Shown here one piece after another: positions 1 to 8,912 of a DNA stretch of 64,000 bases. The translations under genes and the position numbers were made by a program. The stretch is from assembly GCA_049616325.1 (NCBI GenBank), contig JBMZHG010000006.1, positions 3,846-67,845 of the forward strand, in the 5' to 3' direction. Under the pieces are notes generated by a model. That model did not search any database. It was not told the DNA's origin and worked only from the letters and a program-made list of their open reading frames with translations. Positions within the stretch are counted from its first letter, which is position 1; the number at the start of each line of letters is the position of its first letter. Source of the stretch: Flavobacteriales bacterium. GTDB taxonomy: Bacteria; Bacteroidota; Bacteroidia; Flavobacteriales_D; Sanyastnellaceae.

Positions 1-651
1 CGGCATTTACGGAGGCTGCACAACATGTACGGGGATTGGTACTTCGCCTTGGCGGCGTATAACGCGGGACCGGGAAACGTGAACAAGGCCATTCGTCGGT
101 CCGGAGGAAAGACGAATTACTGGGAAGTTCGGCCGTTCCTGCCGAAGGAAACCCGGGACTACGTGCCGAATTTCATCGCGGTCGTGTACCTGATGGAACA
201 TCACGCCGAGCACGGCATTTTCCCGCAAAAGACCCTGTCCGGTGCGATGTCCGTGGACACGGTTGGCGTGGAAGGGCCGCTCAGGTTCGACCAAATGGCG
301 GCCGTGACGTCGTTAACAGAGGCGGAAATCGCGGTCCTGAACCCGATGTACCGCTTGAAGATTGTGCCTGGACCTGGGGAGAAGTTTCCCGTGAGGTGGC
401 CCGTGGCGAACGTCGCCGAGTTTTTAGCCCAAGAGGCGGCCATGCGCGCACACAAACCCGACTTGACGCCGGTCATCAAATACGAACCCGAGCCGGTGGT
501 GTACCGCGTGAAGAGCGGGGATGTGCTGGGAACCATTGCCGCCAAACACGGCGTAAAGGTGTCCCAAATCAAAGCGTGGAACGACCTGAATTCCTCGGTC
601 ATTCGCGTGGGCCAAAAACTCATCATCCATGCCAATCCGAGCAAAATTTGA
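1..651 (+). CDS. lytic transglycosylase (SLT/MltD-like) with C-terminal LysM domain; 5' end cut by the window edge
   Basis: Frame is open from nt 1. SLT-type motif 'AAYNAGPGNV'. C-terminal LysM-like 'YRVKSGDVLGTIAAKHGVKVSQIKAWNDL..VGQKLII'. Confidence 0.85.
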   Translation, partial: RHLRRLHNMYGDWYFALAAYNAGPGNVNKAIRRSGGKTNYWEVRPFLPKETRDYVPNFIAVVYLMEHHAEHGIFPQKTLSGAMSVDTVGVEGPLRFDQMAAVTSLTEAEIAVLNPMYRLKIVPGPGEKFPVRWPVANVAEFLAQEAAMRAHKPDLTPVIKYEPEPVVYRVKSGDVLGTIAAKHGVKVSQIKAWNDLNSSVIRVGQKLIIHANPSKI

Positions 652-1684
652 GCTCCAATGGCTTGCCCTTTTCGGGGCGTTGCTTTTAGGCGGAGCGCTG
701 ATTTCGTGCCAAGGAGACGGAGCAAGGGTGGCCCTTCCAGGAAAGGTGGGTGCAGCCGGCGAGCTGGTGGTGGTGGCGCCTCAGGACGTGTGGGAAAGCG
801 TGGCGGGAGACACCGTGCAAGCCATGTTGGGCCAGCCCTACCCGGTGTTGCCTCAATACGAGCCGTTGATGGACGTGGTGCATTTGGAACCGGAGTTGTT
901 TGACCGGTTTTGGAAGCCCCACCGAAACATCTTGGTCTTGGAAGTGGCTGACCGAGTGGACACGCAGGAGCCGTCGTTCGCGTTTTTCAGAAACAAGTAC
1001 AGCCGCGGCCAAATCTACTTGGTTGCCAAGGCTCGGAATGCGCAGGCCCTTGCAAACGTCTTGGGCTCTCGAGGCGGCGAAATGATCAGCCTGTTGCACG
1101 CCGAAGAGGCCTCGCGGTACGCCGACATCGTGGCGCTGTCACCCAACGAAGTGATTGCGCGAGAAGTTTTTGAGGAATGGAACGTGCAAGGGCTGTGGCC
1201 GAAGGACGCACGTTTGGCCAAACGAGAGGACGGCTTCTGGTGGATCGACCGGCAGCTCACGCGGCTCAAAGGCGGAGACAACCACGACATTCAACAGGGC
1301 TTTTTCATCCACAGCGAGCCTTACGTGAGTGCGGATCAACTCAGTTTGGAACACGTGCTGGACCGACGCGATGAGTTGACGAAACGGCACGTGCAGGGAC
1401 CCACCAAAGGCAGCTACATGGCCACGGAGCGGCGCTTCTTCCCGGCTTACGAGGAAATGGAGTTTGACGGTCACTTCGCACTTGAGGTTCGCGGCCTTTG
1501 GAAGATGGAAAATGACTTCATGGGCGGTCCGTTTTACAGCCTGACGCTGGTGGACGAGGATCGCGGGCGGTTGTTGACGTTGGAGGGTTACGCGTACGCG
1601 CCGTATTTCGACAAGCGCCCGTACATCCGAGAAGTCGAAGGAGTGGTGCAACGTGCAACGTTGGTCGACGCGCCCCAACCCTGA
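629..1684 (+). CDS. DUF4837-family lipoprotein
   Basis: 351-aa ORF. Lipobox 'LISC' after a hydrophobic N-terminus. Blocks typical of DUF4837 as I recall the family ('ELVVV..W....G', 'PHRNILVLEV', 'GSYMATE', 'FMGGPF', 'LEGYAYAP..KR'). The position just after a LysM transglycosylase is common in Flavobacteriia. Confidence 0.8.
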   Translation: MPIRAKFELQWLALFGALLLGGALISCQGDGARVALPGKVGAAGELVVVAPQDVWESVAGDTVQAMLGQPYPVLPQYEPLMDVVHLEPELFDRFWKPHRNILVLEVADRVDTQEPSFAFFRNKYSRGQIYLVAKARNAQALANVLGSRGGEMISLLHAEEASRYADIVALSPNEVIAREVFEEWNVQGLWPKDARLAKREDGFWWIDRQLTRLKGGDNHDIQQGFFIHSEPYVSADQLSLEHVLDRRDELTKRHVQGPTKGSYMATERRFFPAYEEMEFDGHFALEVRGLWKMENDFMGGPFYSLTLVDEDRGRLLTLEGYAYAPYFDKRPYIREVEGVVQRATLVDAPQP

Positions 1685-1702
1685 ACAGGTTTTTTGTCGC
1701 GA

Positions 1703-4225
1703 TCAGTGTCGCACAACGAGCGTGCGCGAGTGTCGCGACGTGCGCTCGGAATCGACCAACGTCAGTTGGTATGTGCCGGAAGGCCACGACGAGACATCCA
1801 AGCTCCGGTCTGAGGCAGGAACGGCCGCGACAAGGCTTCCCGTCGCGTCGTAAACTTCGAGCTGCGCCTCACGCCCTACCCTTTTTTCCCAGGCCCAAGT
1901 GACTACCTCCGTGGCAGGGTTGGGCGCCACCGCGAATGCCGCCTGCGGTTCATTGGCAATCGGCTCAAGACCGAGCGTTACGTCCCCCTTGGCAAACGCG
2001 TATTGGCCCTTGCGGAGGCGCGGGATTTTGAACAAGCCGCTGCCGTTTGAAAGCGACCCCGCCTGCCATTCGTAGTCGGGGTATTGCACCCAGGGATCAC
2101 CAGCTTGGGCGCGCCACGCTAGGAATCCACCCGCTTCAGTTTCGCCAAACAAGCCGAAATCCAAATCCGTTTCGTCGTTGCCGACGTAGTTCAGGCGGGC
2201 GTCGAGCAAAGGAGCGTTGGGGTCGTTGTCGTCCCACGTGCCGTCGACCACCCAAAAATGGGCGTCGCTCAGCATTTCGACGTACGGCGCTGCGGGTCCT
2301 GCGTCCGGCGCGGCCCAGTGGTGCTCCACCCGCACCAAAACGCTGTCGCCTTCCGCGATTTCGTCGCACCCCACGCGCATGTCCACCCAGTCGAGGTTGC
2401 TCAATCCCGTGGGTTCAGTGACGGCAAACGTGTGGTCCAGACGCCCTTGGTTGAGACGCCCGTCGGCGTTCACCCCCAGAAGCACAAAGGGCTCCTCGTG
2501 CCAAAACGTCACGGCATCGTACTCCCCGCCTACCCGAGCGTGAACCAAGGTGGTGTCCCAATTGGCGTTCCAAAGCGTCAGGTCGAGTGGCTCGTTTTCA
2601 TGGAAGTTGGCGCAGGCGCGGAGCTTTTGGTGAAGGTGAACCGTGGTGGTGTAGCACCCGTTTTCCGGACCCGTGGTCAGGCTGTCCACCACCCAGGTGC
2701 TGAACCCCGGTTGCAAGACCTGAGCCTCGAAGAAAGGCGTGAGATCTTCGCCCGTCGCGTCCTCCAACAACGCTTCGAAATCGGCGACGTCCATGTGGCT
2801 GTCAAAGCGTTCGGCGATGACGGTTTGGGCTGCTTCGCGGAAGAGGTCGTCTCCGAGGTAGGCGCGCAGGTTGTGCATGACGCTGGCCCCTTTGTAGTAA
2901 GTGTGTCGTCCGTAAATCTGCGCATCGGGCATGGGCGAAAGGGGGTGAAATCCCTCGTCTTGCACATGGCATTCCTCAAGCACGAATTGCTGGTTGTCCT
3001 TGACCAAATCGACAAACGCCTCGTGTCCGTCTTTCCATTCCACGAAAAGGTGGCTGCTGTATTCGGCCGGGCCTTCCTTGAGCCACATGTGGTTGTGGAT
3101 GGTGGGGGCAACCAAATCGCCCCACCAGTGGTGCCCGAGCTCGTGTGCGAAGAGGTCGCCGTTGGCGAAGTTGCTTTGCTCGACCATGAAACGCGGGTAG
3201 GCGATGTTGGTCGGAATTTCAAGCGCACCGTCGGTGGTCAAGACGTAACCGACACGCTCCCAAGCGTACGGCCCCCACCAGTGCTCCAGGGCATCGATGG
3301 CGTAGCCGAGGTCGGCAAACTTGTTTTGCATCGCGTTGCTGTCGGATGCCTTGCTCGTGAGCCGAACCGGGATGTCCCCGTAAGCTCCGGCGTGCACGTA
3401 ATCGTGGTCGACGTACGGCCCTACTGCGATGGCACTGAGGTGGGTCGGGATGGGGTGGTCGAGTTGCCACGTGCTGAACAGGGTGTCTCCGCCAAGTGCC
3501 ACCTCCTCGACGAGGTGGCCTTGGTTGTGGGCGCGGCGTCCACCTGCACTGCGGATGCGGTACGTGTAGGTGGCCCGCTCCACGAAATTGTCGAAGCACG
3601 GATACCAGACCCGGCCGAAGTTGGGCGGAATTGAAGTCAGCCCAATGCCGAGGTTGTAGACGAGGTCGCTGGCGTAGTACATCCCGCCCCAGTAGGGGTC
3701 GGCGTCGGGGTTTCCCCCGTACCAAACGTCGAGCGTGACGGTTTCGCCTTCCACCAGAGGGGCAGGCGATTGCACGTGAAGTTCCTGCCCCTCTTGGGTG
3801 AAGGCGACTTCCGTGCCGTTCCATTTCACGCTGTCCACGACGAGCCCCTTCAAGTCCCACCACATCGACGTGCCGCCGCCCAACAGCACCGAAAAGGTGA
3901 TGGAGGCGTGGGCGTCGAGGGACTGGGTGTTGTACCCTGTCACGTCGAGAAAGAGGTCGTAATGCGCCACATCGAAGCTGTCGCTCCGCGCGATGCTCGG
4001 CCCCATGTCGTAGTTGTCGATGGGCAAAAAACCCCGAGCTGCAGGCTCGTCGTGGGTGCAGCCGACGGCGTGGCATCCTTGAACGAGAAACGGGTTGCGT
4101 GCGCTGCGATCGAGGTTGTGAAGGCGCGGGAGGGTGGTTTGGGCTGTCAAAGAGGAGACGCAAATCAGCGTGAAAACAGCCCCCATTGCAAGGCCAAAAT
4201 TCTTGGGGGTGCGAAGCAGGAACAT
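1703..4225 (-). CDS. M1-family zinc metallopeptidase (aminopeptidase N-like) with T9SS type-A C-terminal sorting domain
   Basis: 'HELGHHWWGD' followed by 'WLKEGPAEY' (HEXXH-18-E). N-terminal signal peptide. C-terminal about 80 aa 'APNPATEVV...LEVYDATGSLV...GTYQLTL' resemble a T9SS CTD. Confidence 0.9.
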   Translation of the reverse strand: MFLLRTPKNFGLAMGAVFTLICVSSLTAQTTLPRLHNLDRSARNPFLVQGCHAVGCTHDEPAARGFLPIDNYDMGPSIARSDSFDVAHYDLFLDVTGYNTQSLDAHASITFSVLLGGGTSMWWDLKGLVVDSVKWNGTEVAFTQEGQELHVQSPAPLVEGETVTLDVWYGGNPDADPYWGGMYYASDLVYNLGIGLTSIPPNFGRVWYPCFDNFVERATYTYRIRSAGGRRAHNQGHLVEEVALGGDTLFSTWQLDHPIPTHLSAIAVGPYVDHDYVHAGAYGDIPVRLTSKASDSNAMQNKFADLGYAIDALEHWWGPYAWERVGYVLTTDGALEIPTNIAYPRFMVEQSNFANGDLFAHELGHHWWGDLVAPTIHNHMWLKEGPAEYSSHLFVEWKDGHEAFVDLVKDNQQFVLEECHVQDEGFHPLSPMPDAQIYGRHTYYKGASVMHNLRAYLGDDLFREAAQTVIAERFDSHMDVADFEALLEDATGEDLTPFFEAQVLQPGFSTWVVDSLTTGPENGCYTTTVHLHQKLRACANFHENEPLDLTLWNANWDTTLVHARVGGEYDAVTFWHEEPFVLLGVNADGRLNQGRLDHTFAVTEPTGLSNLDWVDMRVGCDEIAEGDSVLVRVEHHWAAPDAGPAAPYVEMLSDAHFWVVDGTWDDNDPNAPLLDARLNYVGNDETDLDFGLFGETEAGGFLAWRAQAGDPWVQYPDYEWQAGSLSNGSGLFKIPRLRKGQYAFAKGDVTLGLEPIANEPQAAFAVAPNPATEVVTWAWEKRVGREAQLEVYDATGSLVAAVPASDRSLDVSSWPSGTYQLTLVDSERTSRHSRTLVVRH

Positions 4226-4229
4226 GCCA

Positions 4230-4237
4230 CCAAGTTA
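4230..4237 (-). promoter_or_regulatory. -7-type promoter box TAACTTGG, 4 nt upstream of the M1 peptidase ATG
   Basis: Reverse complement of 4230-4237 is TAACTTGG. This resembles the Bacteroidota sigma-A -7 consensus TAnnTTTG. The spacer to the ATG at 4225 is 4 nt. Confidence 0.35.
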
Positions 4238-4241
4238 GGCG

Positions 4242-4249
4242 TACTTTCG
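4242..4249 (+). promoter_or_regulatory. -7-type promoter box TACTTTCG, 4 nt upstream of the slyD-like ATG
   Basis: 'GTACTTTCGCCGCATG'. A near-identical string 'GTACCTTCGCCGCATG' precedes thiL at 4751-4766. Confidence 0.35.
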
Positions 4250-4253
4250 CCGC

Positions 4254-4706
4254 ATGAAACACGTCGAAGTTGGCGCCCTCGTTGAAGTGGCATACACCTT
4301 GCGCGCCGGCGGCCCGGAAGGCGAAGAATTGGAAACGTGCACGGAGGAAGCTCCCTTTGTGTTCCGGGTGGGCGCCGAAGAGGCACTCGAATCCTTTGAG
4401 CAAGGCCTGATGGGCAAACGCGAAGGCGAGCCTTTCGAGATGCGCATTGCCTGCGACGACGCCTACGGCGACGAAACCGACGAGGCCGTTGTCGCCTTGC
4501 CCAAGTCGACCTTCATGGTGGACGGAAAGCTCGACGAGGAAGTGATGCAAGTGGGCGAAGTGGTGCCCATGGAAGACGACCAGGGCAACGAGCTCGTGGG
4601 TGTGGTTGTGGAGGTGGAGTCCGACGTCGTGTACGTGGATTTCAATCACCCTTTGGCGGGGTTGGACCTGCATTTCGAAGGCGTGGTAGTGGCCGTTGGA
4701 AGCTGA
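4254..4706 (+). CDS. slyD: FKBP-type peptidyl-prolyl cis-trans isomerase (SlyD-like)
   Basis: 150 aa. FKBP plus insert-in-flap layout: 'VEVAYTLR...FVFRVG....L..FE.GL.G...GE.F', 'VDFNHPLAG..L.F...V'. Confidence 0.8.
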   Translation: MKHVEVGALVEVAYTLRAGGPEGEELETCTEEAPFVFRVGAEEALESFEQGLMGKREGEPFEMRIACDDAYGDETDEAVVALPKSTFMVDGKLDEEVMQVGEVVPMEDDQGNELVGVVVEVESDVVYVDFNHPLAGLDLHFEGVVVAVGS

Positions 4707-4763
4707 GTCTTCCCGCAACGGGGTGGCGTCCAAACACGCGCGGCGGTGCAGTACCTTCGCCGC

Positions 4764-5816
4764 ATGGAACGCACGGAAATCAGCGCACTTGGGGAGTTTG
4801 GCTTGATTCGCCAACTGACCCAAAACCTCAGCCACCAGCAACCGTCGACGTTGCGCGGTGTGGGGGACGACGCCGCAGTGTTGGATCCACTGGGGAAGCG
4901 CGTGGTGGTCAGCACCGACATGCTTTGCGAAGGGGTCCACTTTGACCTCAGTTACGCTCCACTGAAGCACCTTGGTTACAAGGCGGTGGTGGTGAACCTC
5001 AGCGATATCTGCGCCATGAATGCCGTGCCGACGCAAGTGGTGGTGGGCTTGGGCTTGAGCAACCGCTTCTCTGTGGAGGCTGTCGAGGAACTTTATGCGG
5101 GCATCAAGCTGGCGTGCGACGTGTACAAGGTCGATTTGGTGGGCGGTGACACAACTTCTTCGCCTTCGGGCTTGACCCTTTCAGTGACGGCTTTGGGGTT
5201 GGTCGACGCGGAAGCCGTGGTGGGCCGAGACGGCGCGAGTGACGGCGATTTGCTCGTGGTGAGTGGGGACTTGGGGGCTGCGTACATGGGGCTCCAAATC
5301 TTGGAGCGCGAAAAGGAGGTCTTTCAGGCGGCGCCGACGGCGCAGCCGGAGCTCGAGGACTTTGCGTACCTCCTCGAGCGGCAGTTGAAGCCGGAGGCGC
5401 GCGTGGACGTGGTCCGGGAAATGGGGGATTTGGGATTGAAGCCAACCTCCATGATCGACATCAGCGACGGGCTGTCCAGCGAGATTTTTCATCTCGGGAC
5501 CTCCTCAGGCGTGGGCTTCAAAGTCTACGAAGACAAGCTCCCGATCGACCCAAAGGTGTACGAGACAGCGCGGGAGTTCAACCTCGACCCCACGATGTGC
5601 ATGTTGAGTGGCGGGGAGGACTACGAACTGCTGTTCACCGTCAAACAAGACGACTACGACAAAGTCCGGAACCACCCCAAATTGAGCGTCGTTGGCCACG
5701 CGGTGGCGGCGCCTGACGCCTTCACGCTGGTGACCAAAAACGGCCCGGAAGTGCCCCTGCAAGCCCAAGGGTGGGACGGCGTGAAAGGACCTGAGTCGTC
5801 CTCCGAGAATTCCTGA
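4764..5816 (+). CDS. thiL: thiamine-monophosphate kinase
   Basis: 'ISALGEFGLI', 'GVGDDAAVLD', 'VVSTDMLCEGVHF', 'LGYKAVVVNLSDICAMNA'. ATG 4764 preferred over the GTG at 4746 because of the upstream TACCTTCG box (4752-4759). Confidence 0.9.
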   Translation: MERTEISALGEFGLIRQLTQNLSHQQPSTLRGVGDDAAVLDPLGKRVVVSTDMLCEGVHFDLSYAPLKHLGYKAVVVNLSDICAMNAVPTQVVVGLGLSNRFSVEAVEELYAGIKLACDVYKVDLVGGDTTSSPSGLTLSVTALGLVDAEAVVGRDGASDGDLLVVSGDLGAAYMGLQILEREKEVFQAAPTAQPELEDFAYLLERQLKPEARVDVVREMGDLGLKPTSMIDISDGLSSEIFHLGTSSGVGFKVYEDKLPIDPKVYETAREFNLDPTMCMLSGGEDYELLFTVKQDDYDKVRNHPKLSVVGHAVAAPDAFTLVTKNGPEVPLQAQGWDGVKGPESSSENS

Positions 5817-5824
5817 TTGCAGCC

Positions 5825-7720
5825 ATGTGCGGAATCGCGGGAATTCACGGGCTGGAAGCCTTTGACGGCTCTGAGGCAGCAAAGCGCCAGGCTTCGGCCA
5901 TGGTCGCGGCGATGGCGCACCGCGGGCCAGATGCGGAGGGGGTTTGGAGCGACGGCGAACGGGTGGTTTTGGGCCACCGGCGGTTGAGCATTTTGGACAT
6001 CGGTTCGGGTGCGAACCAGCCGTTCTTTATGGGCGACCACACCTTGGTGTTCAACGGGGAGGTCTACAACTACTTGGAGCTCCGGCGTGAATTGGAGGCC
6101 GCGGGTGCGCATCGTTTTTCGACGCAGGGCGACACCGAGGTGGTGTTGGCCGCACTCCGTCACTGGGGCATTCAGGGTGCGCTGAACAGGTTCAACGGCA
6201 TGTTTGCCTTTGCGTGGTGGTCCGGCGCGGATTCCCGGCTGGTTCTTGCGCGGGACCGGATGGGCATCAAGCCGTTGTATTGGTACCAAACCCCGCGCGG
6301 AACGCTCCTTTTCGCGTCCGAAGTGAGGGCGATGCTCGCTTCGGGCGAGGTGCCCAGACGCATCAACCGCCTCGCGTTGGCCGACCAGGTCATGTACGGT
6401 ACGGTGCACGCCCCCGCCACCGTGGTGGACGGCGTGAGGATGCTCGAACCGGGATGCTTGCTCGTCGTTCAGGACGAAGAGGTTCGGGAGGCGACGTGGT
6501 GGGACCCGGCGGATGCGGCCTTGGGCGAACCCGACTTGGACCCCCCAGCACGTCGCCGCCGCATCCGCGATACGTTGACCGATTCGGTGGCGTTGCGAAT
6601 GCGTTCGGACGTGGCGTACGGGGCGTTTTTGTCTGGAGGAATCGACTCCAGTGCCGTGGTGGGGTTGATGTCCGAAGTTTCCGCGCAACCCGTCAGCACA
6701 TTCAGTGTGACGTTCGCGGAAAAGGAACTCGACGAGAGCCCTTGGTCGCGTGCGATTGCGAAGCGGTTTGGAACCGACCACCACGAAATTCGGCTGACGC
6801 CCGAGGACTTTCTCGCCCAGGTCCCGACGGGGCTTGAAGCCATGGATCACCCAAGCGCGGACGGCCTGAACACCTTTGTGGTCAGCGGCGCGACACGGGG
6901 AGCGGGGGTGAAAGTTGCCCTGAGTGGACTTGGAGGCGACGAGCTCTTTGCCGGCTACCCGGTCTTTGCCCGAAGCGCGCAGTTGGCTCGGTTGAACTGG
7001 CTCGCTTCGTGGCCGAGGGGCGGACGCCGTTTGGCCGGGCGCCTGTATGCAGCTCTCAAGCCCGGGATGACTTCGCGAAAACAAGCCGAGATTTTGGGCG
7101 GGAACTACTTTGATTTGGCCCACACGTACCCGTTGTCGCGGCAGATGTTCTTACGCGCGGATTTGCAGGAGCTGTTGGGCAAGGAGGTGCCGCTCGCCAA
7201 CCCGGTTTTTCAATGGCTGGTTCGCGAGTTGGCGCCGGGGAAGAAGGCGTTTGGCCTGCCGTTTTTGAGCCAAGTGAGCTTGGCGGAGATGCGAACCTAC
7301 ATGGGCCACACCTTGCTGCGCGACGCGGACCAGTTCAGCATGGCCCACGCGCTCGAGGTGCGGGTGCCGTTCCTGGATCACCGCCTCGTCGCTTGCGCAC
7401 TTTCCGCTCCCGACTCCCAAAAATTCCCCACTTCGCCCAAGCGTTTGCTCGTGGAATCCCTCGGGGACCTGCTGCCTTCGGACGTGGTGAATCGCCCCAA
7501 AATGGGGTTTGTGATGCCCTGGGAAACCTGGATGCGCGGGGAGCTCAGAACGACCTGCGAACGGGGGTTGCAAAGTTTGAAGGACCGGCCTTGGGTCCAG
7601 GCCGATGCCCTCAACCGCATGGAACGCGACTTCATGCAGGGCGGTTCGACGTGGTCGTGGAGCCGAGTTTGGTCGCTGGTCGTGCTTGGCGATTACCTTG
7701 AACGCCATGGCTTGGAGTGA
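5825..7720 (+). CDS. asnB: asparagine synthase (glutamine-hydrolysing) family amidotransferase
   Basis: N-terminal 'MCGIAG' Ntn nucleophile. 'SGGIDSS' PP-loop. 631 aa. Confidence 0.9.
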   Translation: MCGIAGIHGLEAFDGSEAAKRQASAMVAAMAHRGPDAEGVWSDGERVVLGHRRLSILDIGSGANQPFFMGDHTLVFNGEVYNYLELRRELEAAGAHRFSTQGDTEVVLAALRHWGIQGALNRFNGMFAFAWWSGADSRLVLARDRMGIKPLYWYQTPRGTLLFASEVRAMLASGEVPRRINRLALADQVMYGTVHAPATVVDGVRMLEPGCLLVVQDEEVREATWWDPADAALGEPDLDPPARRRRIRDTLTDSVALRMRSDVAYGAFLSGGIDSSAVVGLMSEVSAQPVSTFSVTFAEKELDESPWSRAIAKRFGTDHHEIRLTPEDFLAQVPTGLEAMDHPSADGLNTFVVSGATRGAGVKVALSGLGGDELFAGYPVFARSAQLARLNWLASWPRGGRRLAGRLYAALKPGMTSRKQAEILGGNYFDLAHTYPLSRQMFLRADLQELLGKEVPLANPVFQWLVRELAPGKKAFGLPFLSQVSLAEMRTYMGHTLLRDADQFSMAHALEVRVPFLDHRLVACALSAPDSQKFPTSPKRLLVESLGDLLPSDVVNRPKMGFVMPWETWMRGELRTTCERGLQSLKDRPWVQADALNRMERDFMQGGSTWSWSRVWSLVVLGDYLERHGLE

Positions 7721-8867
7721 CCTGCCCGGAAATCGGCCGCTGCGGATCATGGCGGTCGTGGAGTGGTACCCTCCTGCGTTTCGCGCGGGGGGCCCCATCC
7801 GAAGCGTGCACAACCTAATGCGGCTTCTCAAAGCCCAAACCCCCCACCACCTCCACGTCGTTTGCGGCCCGCGAGACCTCGGGTCTCCGGAACTCCTTCC
7901 AGGCGTGACCGTGGACAAGCCGGTCGACCGAGACGGCGTGAAAGTGATCTACGTGTCGGACACGTCATTGTCGGCATGGAAGGCTCGCTTGAAGGGCACT
8001 CCCGAGGCTCCCTCTCCCGACGTCCTTTACCTCAACAGCCTGTTCAGCGTTCCCTTTGCGCTTCGCCCTTTGTGGGTGGCGCGGAGGCAGGGCATTCGCG
8101 TCGTGCTCGCACCGCGGGGCATGCTCGGGGCGGGAGCGCTGGCCATCAAACCCTTGAAAAAGAAGGTGTTCCTGACGGCGGCGCGCGTGTTGGGGTGGTT
8201 TCGGGACGTCCGCTGGCACGCGAGCACCGAGGTAGAGGCTACGGAGGTCCGAGCCCACTTTCCCAAGGCGGAATTGGCTGAGGCGTTGAATGTGCCTTTG
8301 GCACCCGTGGAGTGTCAGAATCCGGAATGGGGAACGGAAGTGGTTTGGGTTGCCGTTGGCAGAATCCAAAGCAAAAAGAACCTGCACTTTGCGCTGGAGG
8401 CATTGCAAGAGGTGCGGCTGGAGGAAAAAACCCTGACGGTGGAGTTGGTGGGGCCTGCGGAGGACGAAGCGTACTTGAAACGCCTGTTGGGCATGGCGCG
8501 ACCGGGGTTGAAGGTCGTGCATCGCGGGCCCGTGCCGCCTGAAGAGCTCGGGGAGGTTTGGGGCCGGGCGCACGCGCTGTTGATGCCGACGACGCACGAG
8601 AATTTTGGGCACGCTGTGGTGGAGGCTTGGGCCCACGGGCGGCCCGTCCTGCTGAGTGACCAAACCCCGTGGCGCGGCCTGGCTGCTGCGGGGTTGGGTT
8701 GGGATTTGCCTTTGGACCACTCGGTTTGGGTCAAGGAGATGGAGGAGGCGCTGGAATGGGACTCGGCTGTGTGGAAGGAGATGTCGGAAGCGTGCAGGGC
8801 TCGGCACCTCAGTTTGGTGCAAGATCCGGAGCTTGTGCAGGCGAACCGTGCGGTTTTTGAAGGCTGA
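7707..8867 (+). CDS. glycosyltransferase, GT4/GT1-fold
   Basis: C-terminal 'ENFGHAVVEAWAHGRPVL' (E-x7-E-like GT4 motif). ATG 7707 overlaps the asnB stop by 14 nt. Confidence 0.8.
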   Translation: MAWSDLPGNRPLRIMAVVEWYPPAFRAGGPIRSVHNLMRLLKAQTPHHLHVVCGPRDLGSPELLPGVTVDKPVDRDGVKVIYVSDTSLSAWKARLKGTPEAPSPDVLYLNSLFSVPFALRPLWVARRQGIRVVLAPRGMLGAGALAIKPLKKKVFLTAARVLGWFRDVRWHASTEVEATEVRAHFPKAELAEALNVPLAPVECQNPEWGTEVVWVAVGRIQSKKNLHFALEALQEVRLEEKTLTVELVGPAEDEAYLKRLLGMARPGLKVVHRGPVPPEELGEVWGRAHALLMPTTHENFGHAVVEAWAHGRPVLLSDQTPWRGLAAAGLGWDLPLDHSVWVKEMEEALEWDSAVWKEMSEACRARHLSLVQDPELVQANRAVFEG

Positions 8868-8912
8868 TCCTCCGGGGTTGGAAGGGCGCGACGTCCGACC
8901 GAACTTGGCGTC

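Noticed and set aside
3219-5036. 605-aa minus-strand ORF spanning the M1 peptidase 5' part, the slyD-like gene and thiL
   Set aside because: Arg/Pro/His-rich low-complexity translation, antisense to or overlapping three genes with clear homology. This is a typical shadow ORF in GC-rich DNA.
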